Of a DNA stretch of 64,000 nucleotides, positions 53,706 through 62,634 are shown one piece after another; the first letter of the stretch is position 1, and the number at the start of each line of letters is the position of its first letter. The stretch lies in the NCBI GenBank assembly GCA_046758445.1, contig JBHIAE010000002.1:74073-138072 (forward strand), written 5' to 3'. A model generated the notes under the pieces. The model searched no databases and was not told the origin of the DNA. It saw nothing but the letters and a program-made list of their open reading frames with translations. This DNA comes from Candidatus Thorarchaeota archaeon. GTDB taxonomy: Archaea; Asgardarchaeota; Thorarchaeia; Thorarchaeales; Thorarchaeaceae. Position numbers and translations under genes: made by a program.

Positions 53706-54203
53706 ATGCTCATACATTTCGGATATCCAAAATGTCTAGCCGGGATGAGATCGAAAAGTCCAGGTGGGCTGATTGTTACGAGCAAAGGCCATCCGATTAC
53801 AAGTGAAAGTCCGAGGACTTAAGATAGAGTATCTCAGGTCAGAAAGTACTCGACATTGATACCTATGGATGTTTTTTTGCTGTTTTCTGTGCCATCTTTC
53901 TCACTCCACCAAGACCCGCTCTTTCGTATATTGAAGATAGTAATTTACATAGCAATCATTGTATAATTATAGTATTCTATTGATTTTTTGATTATATTTA
54001 TAAGCGAGTCACAATCCGCCCAATCGTGCCTATCTATTATATAGACACGTAATGGTACACAGGTACAGAAGAAGACCGCTGCCGACATGATGATTGGTGC
54101 CTGCATTGGATTGCCTATGATGTGTAGAGCATGCGTAAACTCTTGGCTGAAGTGAATTCCCATCACTGTGGAGCATTCCTCTTAATATTGAGAAGGGATT
54201 AGA

Positions 54204-54509
54204 TTGGAGAAGGAAGGACAAATCCAGATATTGGAGAACGCATTGAAGCGTCTTAGAAGTGATGCACTGCTTATTCTATCAAAGATTGACCTCCCAGCAG
54301 ATTTGGAGGAGGTTGATGAGATCCTCAGAGAGGAGGAGTGGCTGGCAGGTCCTGATGAGCATGCAGTCATTGATTTGATCCGTAGCTTGGCCATCATAGC
54401 TACAGCCCTCAGACCAGACGTCTTTGGAGAAGCTATAAGACTGTTGATTCGTGTACTGAAGGACGATTTTGGAGAAGATGAATGGGAGGTTAATGACCAT
54501 GAGGATTAA
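54204..54509 (+). CDS. Hypothetical acidic protein
   Basis: ORF with a helical acidic profile; no motif recognised. Confidence 0.5.
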   Translation: MEKEGQIQILENALKRLRSDALLILSKIDLPADLEEVDEILREEEWLAGPDEHAVIDLIRSLAIIATALRPDVFGEAIRLLIRVLKDDFGEDEWEVNDHED

Positions 54510-54615
54510 TCTGTCTGCATTCATCTTCACTGGTCAGATCTCTAACGGAGATGCAACGGTTTGTTTAGCAGGTTTCTTTGAACGGTTTTATGCCAAAGGA
54601 GATGAGTTGTGAAAG

Positions 54616-55032
54616 TTGCAGTTTCTCCAAATACTTCTGGACCGGTTTGATAGTGATAGTGGAAATCCGCTGAAGAGGGCAATCGATGCACTTGATATGA
54701 TCGAATACTCAATCACCTATCCAGTGTGCAATACCATCACAAAGGAAGAGATAGAGGAAATCGAAGTACGTGTGAAGAAGCTGCTCACTGAGTTGAATAA
54801 TGATCCGGTTCTTGCCAGCAGAATTGAAAAGTGGTGGAATAAGCGTAGTCACTGTCAGGACACGGCCAAAAAGATGCATGTAAATGAACATGAGCACATT
54901 GACTTCCTTCGCTATCATGAGAGGATAATCAGCATCAGAAAGGCAAAGGTGGCTTTGATGAAGCATCTCAGAAACGAGGAATTGTCATTAGAGGAGCATG
55001 GCCTCTTAGGAAGCAAGTATCATCATTCATAA
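54616..55032 (+). CDS. Hypothetical protein
   Basis: ORF only. Confidence 0.5.
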   Translation: MQFLQILLDRFDSDSGNPLKRAIDALDMIEYSITYPVCNTITKEEIEEIEVRVKKLLTELNNDPVLASRIEKWWNKRSHCQDTAKKMHVNEHEHIDFLRYHERIISIRKAKVALMKHLRNEELSLEEHGLLGSKYHHS

Positions 55033-55093
55033 TCTGTCCGTGATTGCCTCCAGCCAATTAGACAACAGAGGCGCGTCATCGAGAATACATCAT

Positions 55094-55272
55094 CTTCCAT
55101 CAATCACCTCCTAAGTTTTCTACTTCTTAGAGGTAGAAGCAGCTTGTTTGTGGTCCCTTTGGGACTGCAAAAGAGGTACGGGTCCTAACGACGGGATAGC
55201 GGTGCAAAAGGAACTAGATTCCTCAGCGCCAGATTGGCACTTGCCCTGGTGTACGCTGTTGAGCACCCTTTC
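55094..55272 (+). repeat. 16S 3' end + trailer, copy B (starts inside intron 5)
   Basis: CTTCCATCAATCACCTCCTA.GTTTTCTACTTC.TAGAGGTAGAAGCAGCTTG...CTGTTGAGCACCCTTT. Confidence 0.92.
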
Positions 55273-55314
55273 TTTCTTCAATGGATGGGAAATCAGTACT
55301 AACGAGTGACGGTG

Positions 55315-58300
55315 CTACATCTTCTTCTCTATCCTTCTCTTCAGAGCCTCGACCCTCTTGAATCGTTCCTTATCACTATCCGCTTTCCATCTTCGAAGAC
55401 GTTCTTCAAGAATCTCAAGACTGTCTACCACAGCCGAGTGAGCAGCTTGAAGGTTTCTCTTTTTCAGATGAAACTTGGTCAGTTCTTCTAGAATGTCTGC
55501 AATCTCCTCCGAGAGCTCGGGGTCGTCCAAGGTCTTCTTCTTCAGTTCGAGTAATGCCTCAAGGTCACCCTCACTGTCATGTTCTCCCTTGGCAGTTGTC
55601 AGATGTTCAGTGTGAATAGCAACTAGAATGGACTCCATGTCATCAATCAACGAGTCGTAGTTCCGAACCCTCTCTTCCGGTTCTTCTCCTTCCCCAAAAT
55701 ACCCTGTGACAATGTTCTCAATATCATTAATTGCATTGCTGAGGGCAGTCTGCACATCCATCTCAATGCTCAAAGATGTGATCAGCCATGAGTAGACCTG
55801 CTCGCCAGTAGCATCAGAGATAGCTGATAAGACAACTCCGATACCATCCCTATCCCTTCTGACTGAACACTCGAGTTTCTCATGATCCATCCAAAGAAAG
55901 GTACCAGGGAGCAATCGTTTCAGACCAAGCTGTCTGGCAATACGGCTGCTCTCTCTATAGACCCCACCCTCACGTGATGCAAGGTCGTTCTCAAACTCTA
56001 GATCTAGTGCATATCGTGATCCTTCGAGAAACACTTCTCGTGCCGCGAGAAGACTTGATACATCTTGGTCATTGAGAGGCTTATCAAAGAGTGCGTTGAA
56101 GTCAGCAGGTCTTGTACTGCTTTCAGGTCTAAGCACCCAACATGTGCCGTGAGTTTCTGCTGAGCCATCCACGAGAGGGCATCTATTCTCATCATGTGCT
56201 ATTATGACAGACATCTTTCTAGGCACTTGTTCTGCCAACTCCTGACTGGTCAGGGGAAGAGGAACACTTGCGTGGACAAATGGTGTCTTTCTCTCTACAT
56301 AGGGTCTGAGTAGCTGCAGTTCAGCATATTCGATATCCCTGTAAGGATCCCATGTGAAGTAGACATTTGGACTCTTTGTGCTCTGCAGTGGTATACCATC
56401 AACCAACGGTCTACGTAGAATGCGAAGCAAGTCTGAGGTTTGCTCAGAATATCTGATGTCAAGTTTTTCCCCATTAGACTTGATGTTGATAGAATATGTC
56501 CCAGAGTCAATACCGAGTTCACACTGAACACTAATGATGTGTTGTTTCATTTGACCAATTTCCAGGAACTCGTTTTCAATCCTGTTTGGCAAGTCCGTTG
56601 GAATAGTCACTCCTGCAGGGACTTCTGGAATTCTGGATGAAGACATTGGTACTACCTGCAAACCTCTGATGTTCGTTATTGCACTCTTCTTTCTCGGAAT
56701 GATCACAAGCTCACCCAAAAGGTTCCAATTCCCCTCTGCAAAGAACCATACATACTCTGTCCCCTCCATCTTGCAGGTCAATAGACTATGGACTTCTTGA
56801 GGTTCCACAGTTGAAGCATGGTCCGCAATCTCACTGGCGTTCGACTCTGACCAACGAATTGATGAACCTGGATCCAATGGGTTCATACCAATCCAGAGAC
56901 CTGAACGAAGACGGTTCTGGTCATAGTGGTCCTCGAGGAATACCCAGTGTTCGTAGCCATCCCCACTTGGAGCCACCAGAAGCTGACCATACCTGACTGC
57001 TGACTGTACAGGCAGAGGTATTTGAGATAGGACTGAGGCTCTCTTGCAGAGGTTAGACCAAACAGCTCTGACATCGAACTTCGGTCTTGCAACTTCTGAC
57101 ACATCTCTCAGATAGAACCCGACCTGTCTTAGGTGCCAAGACTTCATCGTCATCCAAAGACTCTGAATCTGTTCAACCGGAAGGTCCGGATATTTCCTTG
57201 TCAGTGCCGCTAGCAGGAGAATCAAGTAGTTCCCATACAGGCTCGTGACATATGGTCTACTCTCAAGAAGCATCTCCAGCTGGTCCTGCTCATTCAATCG
57301 AAGACAAACGCCGAGTCTTCTCTCTCGAAACCATTGCATCGAGCCCCAGAGGTCAGAGGTCGCAGCATGGACCATAAACAGCTCTGAAACCCTGTTCAGG
57401 TCATCCAAAGCAGGCTGGACTCCCTTTGCAGGAATGATGCGCTCCAGCTGTTTGAGAAGGTCCAGCCAAGACACATCTGTCGCCCAAGACTCTTTTTGTC
57501 TGACAAGAAGTTTCAGAACCTGTCTGAGCCGTCGAAGCTCCACATTTCGGGCAGTCTGTTCCCTCAGGCTTCTGAACTCAAGGTGTGACTCATCAGGTGC
57601 TCTATAGGTCTGAGTGTTCAGAGTCCTCCGTTTCATTCGACGATATCGCCTGTAGTGCCGAGGGTGAGTGATTGTTTCATTGGGTATCAGTTGTTGATGA
57701 GAAACATAACCTCTCTTCCCCTTTGCTCTCGTTACTCTAGCACGATACCTCACCCTCGCCATGATACTCTTTGGCTTCATGGGTTTTCCATAGAGTGGTA
57801 TGACCTGGGAAGAGAGTGTGATACCATCTCTTTCCATCATCTTCTTACAGATGTTTGGATGAAGGACACAGAGCCAAGGAATGAGGTCGATTGAATCCTT
57901 GATCAGTTCTTCCCCAAGCTCGTTCATCCTGATGATGTCCTCAGCAGAGAGAGCATCACGCCCTCGATCTCCAGTGTGTCCCTTCTTCCTGCCTGTTCGC
58001 TTACTCTTCTTACTCCAGAAGCGTGCTGACCAGTTCTCAAGTATAGGCACTTCAATCAACTCTGTTTTGACTGACTCTCTTGTTTGTTTGACAATCACTC
58101 TCAGGTCATCGAGCATTGGTGTGGTCTGGACTGAGGTGTAAGGTCTGACTGGAAGATTCCAGACAATGTCCGTGACATGTAACCTGTGTTTAGATGAGTT
58201 CCAGAATGGGAGTAAGCAACGACTATGATACTTCTCTGACGTCCGCTCATCAGGTCTTGGCTGAAGGAACCAGACAGATGTGCTTCCTGTCTTGCTGATT

Positions 58301-60468
58301 TCCTGAATCATGTACCTCTCAAGCTCCTCCAACACTGGTCTGAGCCTTGGAGGGAGAGAGTCCTCAATCCACTGCCATCCACTGATAACGACAATACCCT
58401 TGGTAGATAGTGACTCAATCTCTGGGTGGTTTCCTCCTTGGAACAGGAACTGTTCAATGCTATGTGACATATCAATAATCTTGATGTTATCAAAGAAGGA
58501 TTGGACACCCTTTTCATGGCATGAGAGTCTGAGTCGCTTCTTGACTAGCTCATCATGACTGAATTCTCCAGAGAGATCCAGCCAAGTGATTGGTGTATTG
58601 TCACGCCATGAACTCAACTTCTGAAGATAGTGTAATCCATGCCAGTATCTAGCCAACCAAGCCGCTGTGAATCCTGAATTAGATGCTGATTTTGCACTTA
58701 GATACAGGATATGCCTTGTAGCGGTGTCCTGAACCTCTGAGAAGGGATCGAACTTGTCTTCGGTTTCCTGCGGGTTTTTCTCTGACTCCAATACTGTGAA
58801 CTGGTCCTCTGATAGTGAGTGGATGACCAAAGCCGCCCTCTGAGCAATAGGGTCCTTGGACCGGATGAGTAGCCTGTCACATCCTTTCAGCTTGCTCTTC
58901 AAAGAATGATCTTCTACCAAGATGTCCAGAAGCGAACGAACAACAGTCCGATTCAGTCCTATATCGAACTGAGTGTCTAGTAGGACAATCCCCTTGAGGA
59001 TATCTGGGAGCGACTCATCTCCTGTGAGTCTACGATACTCCTCCACAAGTCCGCCTGCATATAGACTCAATTGCTGAACGTCATCATCCTCAGGGACTTC
59101 AACAAGGGCATCATTCCACTCCTCATCTGTCATTCCTCTCTTCCTGACAATAAATCTTGGGACAGTCTTGTTTCTCTTCCCCTTCGATTTCTCGGTCCGA
59201 ATCTCCCAATCGAAGCTGGTCCGTGTCTTCATGTCAAAGACAGCAACCGGTTTCATTACAACCAGTTGCCCCGGTTTCTTTGGATTTGTAATCATAGTCC
59301 TGACAAACAGACCGAGGTCTATTCGACCAGGTCCCTCACCTGTTCCTAGTCGTGACTCGCCCACAAGAAGGTAGTCTTCGCCGGGCTGGAGAAAACGATC
59401 TCCTCTCAGGACTACTGACTCTGCAGTGTAAGTCTGTGGCAGTCCATCCGTGATGAGTCTGTGATACCTGATTCCCTCATATCGAGCTTTGTTCCTCACG
59501 ATTTTATACAGGTGTCTAGCATCCTGCGCCTTCAGCTTTGGATTCTTCTTTGGTGTGAGTTCCTTGAGAAACCGCGTCCATGTCTGTAGTTTTCGAGCTT
59601 CCTCCTTGGGCACTTTTCTGCTGGCTTGTTGAAGCTCTGTTATCTGATATTGAAAGAACTTCTCATCTAGAGGTTTATCATCACCTGTTCTAGTCCTTGA
59701 TGGGAAGACCTGCTTAGACGAACCTGTAACATACAGACCGTTCAGCTCGTCAACAAGTTCTCTAAGAATCTCATCAGCACACTTCTCCTTGACACTCGCT
59801 CTGGGACGCAGAAAATGACTGCTCCCAAGTTTGGTGTCTGCATAGATGTAGTCGACAAAAGGGGCAAGACGACGGATGAGTAGGAGTGCATATGAATCAA
59901 AGTCATTGGGGGGAACACCAAAGATTAAGGACTTGCGACACAACTCACGCCCATGAGACCGTATCATATCTGCAAGATCAAGCTCTGCCAAGTCCGCCCC
60001 ATGTGCAACGGGCACAGGACCAACTTCGTCGCTGGTGTATCCCCAGATGGTCTTTCTCTTCTGTTGTCCAATCTTTACTGGGGTTTCAAGTGGATACATC
60101 AGCAGGAAGTAATCTCTAAGTTTGGCTCCAAAGATGTTGATGAGCTTGTTTAACGGTCCAACAATTCCCTCTCTCTCGTTTCTCACTCGTTTGGTTTCGG
60201 TGTTTCCATAACTGGCTGTTGTTTCCCATATGTTCTCTAATTCTAGATCTCGAAGTCGTTTCTCTCTATCAGCAACAGGTGAGAAGTCAGGTTGTCCTTG
60301 TCTAAGACTTGTGTTCCACTTCTTGAGAGCAGCATCCAGTCGATTTTGCGCCTTTGAATACAGATGCTTTGTATCTTTGTTTGTACGTTCACGTAGCAAA
60401 CTCACTAGTGCTTTCAAACCAATGGTGTGTGCCTGAACCACTGTTTTTCCAGGATCTTCTGGAAACAC
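55315..60468 (-). CDS. 1717-aa unknown protein with a RecB/Cas4-like PD-(D/E)XK nuclease motif
   Basis: GRIDLG...VFDMKT...QQLSLY motif order; long intact ORF; paralog remnant nearby. Confidence 0.75.
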   Translation of the reverse strand: MFPEDPGKTVVQAHTIGLKALVSLLRERTNKDTKHLYSKAQNRLDAALKKWNTSLRQGQPDFSPVADREKRLRDLELENIWETTASYGNTETKRVRNEREGIVGPLNKLINIFGAKLRDYFLLMYPLETPVKIGQQKRKTIWGYTSDEVGPVPVAHGADLAELDLADMIRSHGRELCRKSLIFGVPPNDFDSYALLLIRRLAPFVDYIYADTKLGSSHFLRPRASVKEKCADEILRELVDELNGLYVTGSSKQVFPSRTRTGDDKPLDEKFFQYQITELQQASRKVPKEEARKLQTWTRFLKELTPKKNPKLKAQDARHLYKIVRNKARYEGIRYHRLITDGLPQTYTAESVVLRGDRFLQPGEDYLLVGESRLGTGEGPGRIDLGLFVRTMITNPKKPGQLVVMKPVAVFDMKTRTSFDWEIRTEKSKGKRNKTVPRFIVRKRGMTDEEWNDALVEVPEDDDVQQLSLYAGGLVEEYRRLTGDESLPDILKGIVLLDTQFDIGLNRTVVRSLLDILVEDHSLKSKLKGCDRLLIRSKDPIAQRAALVIHSLSEDQFTVLESEKNPQETEDKFDPFSEVQDTATRHILYLSAKSASNSGFTAAWLARYWHGLHYLQKLSSWRDNTPITWLDLSGEFSHDELVKKRLRLSCHEKGVQSFFDNIKIIDMSHSIEQFLFQGGNHPEIESLSTKGIVVISGWQWIEDSLPPRLRPVLEELERYMIQEISKTGSTSVWFLQPRPDERTSEKYHSRCLLPFWNSSKHRLHVTDIVWNLPVRPYTSVQTTPMLDDLRVIVKQTRESVKTELIEVPILENWSARFWSKKSKRTGRKKGHTGDRGRDALSAEDIIRMNELGEELIKDSIDLIPWLCVLHPNICKKMMERDGITLSSQVIPLYGKPMKPKSIMARVRYRARVTRAKGKRGYVSHQQLIPNETITHPRHYRRYRRMKRRTLNTQTYRAPDESHLEFRSLREQTARNVELRRLRQVLKLLVRQKESWATDVSWLDLLKQLERIIPAKGVQPALDDLNRVSELFMVHAATSDLWGSMQWFRERRLGVCLRLNEQDQLEMLLESRPYVTSLYGNYLILLLAALTRKYPDLPVEQIQSLWMTMKSWHLRQVGFYLRDVSEVARPKFDVRAVWSNLCKRASVLSQIPLPVQSAVRYGQLLVAPSGDGYEHWVFLEDHYDQNRLRSGLWIGMNPLDPGSSIRWSESNASEIADHASTVEPQEVHSLLTCKMEGTEYVWFFAEGNWNLLGELVIIPRKKSAITNIRGLQVVPMSSSRIPEVPAGVTIPTDLPNRIENEFLEIGQMKQHIISVQCELGIDSGTYSINIKSNGEKLDIRYSEQTSDLLRILRRPLVDGIPLQSTKSPNVYFTWDPYRDIEYAELQLLRPYVERKTPFVHASVPLPLTSQELAEQVPRKMSVIIAHDENRCPLVDGSAETHGTCWVLRPESSTRPADFNALFDKPLNDQDVSSLLAAREVFLEGSRYALDLEFENDLASREGGVYRESSRIARQLGLKRLLPGTFLWMDHEKLECSVRRDRDGIGVVLSAISDATGEQVYSWLITSLSIEMDVQTALSNAINDIENIVTGYFGEGEEPEERVRNYDSLIDDMESILVAIHTEHLTTAKGEHDSEGDLEALLELKKKTLDDPELSEEIADILEELTKFHLKKRNLQAAHSAVVDSLEILEERLRRWKADSDKERFKRVEALKRRIEKKM

Positions 60469-60718
60469 CAGACTAACTCCTGAATCAAACTAAGCGGGTT
60501 TTTCCCTTTTCTATTTTGCTTGAAACCTGAAACTTCCACATTTTGAACCTCAAATTAGAAATACGTTTAATAAATTTAAATATGATTCTGTATCAAATAA
60601 AGTGTGGAGAATATCAAGCAACCTCCGAGAAATGAGGTTGAGTGAAACTCCCCGACCGGAAACGGGTCGGAAATTTAAATATGTGAGGTTAAATCTCGTG
60701 GGTCGCTCCAGTGGCGTG

Positions 60719-62368
60719 ATGATAACGGTCAAGGTCCCTGTGAAATGGGATGTGATGACAGACAGACAGAAGACACGTCTGTCCAGAATCACAAGTCGGG
60801 ATACCAGAGTCATCAAGGCCTATCTTGGAGTGATTGAGAAACACGAGAGAAACCTCCTTGTTGGAAAGAACAAGAAACGACTTGATGCAGGGAAGATAGA
60901 CGAACTAACATTATGCACGGATACAAGAACAGTTCTTCACGATTTCAAAGACAGATTCCCGAACATCTCAACGAACGAACTGCAGGAGTGTAGAGAGACT
61001 GCCATCGGAATGTGGAGGGTGTATCTCGCACTTGGTAGAAACAAACCACTACAGGGTACAGGGTACAGGTCAAAGAAGTTACCCCGTCACATGTTCACCC
61101 GGATGTTCAAGTTCACCTATACTCCTGAGAAAGAGATCAAACACTGGCTGATTTTTCGTGACTCGCTAGATTCAGTGAGAGAAGGAAGAAAGACTCATGA
61201 CAGGTTGGCAACACCTCTGAGTCCTTCATCATATCATCTCAATCGTCTGAAGTCTGGTGAGGTCAAATCTATCCAGATTGTGAAAGACAGGAATCGGAAG
61301 TGGTGGGTTCTTTTCAAGGTGAAGGTGAACTCAGAGTCTTTAGACGACGAATCAAAACCGTTCGCAGTGATTGGTATTGACTTGGGAATAAAGAAGGCAG
61401 TCTGTTCAGTAGTGCTGACCAAGAAAGGACTTCGACATGTAAGATATTGGACTGATAGAGAGAAGGCAAAACACATCGAAGGCTATGATAGGATGGTGGC
61501 CAGTCTTCAACAGAAGAGGGACTCTTCTCTCCATTCTGACGATGTCACAAGACGACTCCGAACAATCAGTTCAAGACGTGAGAACATCAGTTTTGACTAT
61601 GACCGTGTCCTTGTGAAAAGACTCGCTGAGCATATTCTCGAACTATCGCAAGAGTTTGACCTCTATGTTTCGATTGGCAAGTTGAAGGGAATCCGTAATC
61701 GTGCTAGGAAAGGTGATGGAAAAGGTCGTCGGTTTCGCGGCATGATAAACAGATGGTCTTTTGCTCGAATCACTAACTCTCTTCAGCACAAGCTCAGTAT
61801 GAGTGGATTCGACCCGAAGAGAGTCCATGCAGTATCAGAGGCATGGACAAGCATCAAGTGTCACAAGTGTGGGTCAAAAGGATACAGACCAAAACAGAGC
61901 TACTTTCTCTGTCACACCTGTGGATATCGCGACAACGCAGACAAGAACGCTGCAATCAACATTGCTCTGCGTTTGATTAGGCTCATTCCCTCCTTGAGGG
62001 GTGAGAAAGGACTAGGGACTTGGTTCTCTAGATGGAAGACCTCCCCGAAGACCCAAAGGACTCGTTCTAAAGGGATGTCCTTAGCTCCTGAGAGTTCACT
62101 AGACTCGTCTGTAGGGAGCACCGTGGCTGACTGTCATGACCAGGCTTCTCTTGAGGAGTTTGCGAGCAGTACCGACCTAGCCATGGAAAAGACCATGGAA
62201 ACACCGCCTGCCATCACGGAATCTAGTGACCATGATAGTATAGTGCAGCGGACAGAAACTCAGTCTGTGAAGAGGAGTCATATTCCAGTGACTCACAGCA
62301 AAACTCGTGCACACCCAACAGGAGAGGTCCTGCTGGTCGCTGGTGACAGCAGTCATGAGGAGGGTTGA
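60719..62368 (+). CDS. tnpB: TnpB/Cas12f-like RNA-guided nuclease with rearranged RuvC-II and a C-terminal extension
   Basis: RuvC-I VIGIDLG, SIGKL, SEAWTS, CHKC/CHTC Zn ribbon, RuvC-III NADKNAAINI; start moved to the ATG after the TTTAAATA box. Confidence 0.9.
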   Translation: MITVKVPVKWDVMTDRQKTRLSRITSRDTRVIKAYLGVIEKHERNLLVGKNKKRLDAGKIDELTLCTDTRTVLHDFKDRFPNISTNELQECRETAIGMWRVYLALGRNKPLQGTGYRSKKLPRHMFTRMFKFTYTPEKEIKHWLIFRDSLDSVREGRKTHDRLATPLSPSSYHLNRLKSGEVKSIQIVKDRNRKWWVLFKVKVNSESLDDESKPFAVIGIDLGIKKAVCSVVLTKKGLRHVRYWTDREKAKHIEGYDRMVASLQQKRDSSLHSDDVTRRLRTISSRRENISFDYDRVLVKRLAEHILELSQEFDLYVSIGKLKGIRNRARKGDGKGRRFRGMINRWSFARITNSLQHKLSMSGFDPKRVHAVSEAWTSIKCHKCGSKGYRPKQSYFLCHTCGYRDNADKNAAINIALRLIRLIPSLRGEKGLGTWFSRWKTSPKTQRTRSKGMSLAPESSLDSSVGSTVADCHDQASLEEFASSTDLAMEKTMETPPAITESSDHDSIVQRTETQSVKRSHIPVTHSKTRAHPTGEVLLVAGDSSHEEG

Positions 62369-62415
62369 ACATGGAAGTTGATGGTGGAGAGATTTCACTC
62401 GCCTTTTCAGGTCGG
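62160..62415 (+). ncRNA. Putative omegaRNA/tracr-like scaffold overlapping the tnpB 3' end (5' boundary uncertain)
   Basis: CCGACCTA (62172-79) is complementary to the repeat TAGGTCGG; TnpB omegaRNAs typically overlap the gene 3' end. Confidence 0.55.
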
Positions 62416-62544
62416 ACTAGGGATTCCGGGTTTGACTTGATTTCCAATAGGTCGGACCTTGTTACGACTCTATTCGTGTTAGGTAAGCCTTTCGCAAGCA
62501 GGAGAATATCACCAATCCACACACGTCGGGGATCACCTCCTAAG
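62408..62544 (+). CRISPR. Non-canonical mini guide array: (AG)GTCGG repeats plus three 16S-matching spacers
   Basis: GTCGG at 62411, 62451 and 62525, followed by ACTAGGGATTCCGGGTT, ACCTTGTTACGACT and GGATCACCTCCTAAG. Confidence 0.8.
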
Positions 62545-62634
62545 ACAGAATATCTCTCAAGGATTCTGAGAGTTGGATATATAGCCATTAAATCATGAAG
62601 TATAGATGATTTCCTAGAAGATGAGGGAAATAGA

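Noticed and set aside
60602-60718. ORF-track N-terminal extension of tnpB
   Set aside because: Overlaps the TATA-like box and hairpins; ATG 60719 is more plausible
61666-61690. Nuclease-dead TnpB (TldR-like) call
   Set aside because: The missing RuvC-II Glu is plausibly compensated by the downstream SEAWTS Glu
62480-62524. TAGGTAAG followed by CCTTTCGCAAGCAGGAG as a fourth repeat-spacer
   Set aside because: Repeat lacks GTCGG and I found no match next to any CGGAT in this 16S; a 23S or other target cannot be tested here
62529-62544. GGATCACCTCCTAAG as an att site or the end of a second 16S gene
   Set aside because: No 16S sequence upstream and no trailer downstream; it follows GTCGG like the other guides, so the guide interpretation fits better
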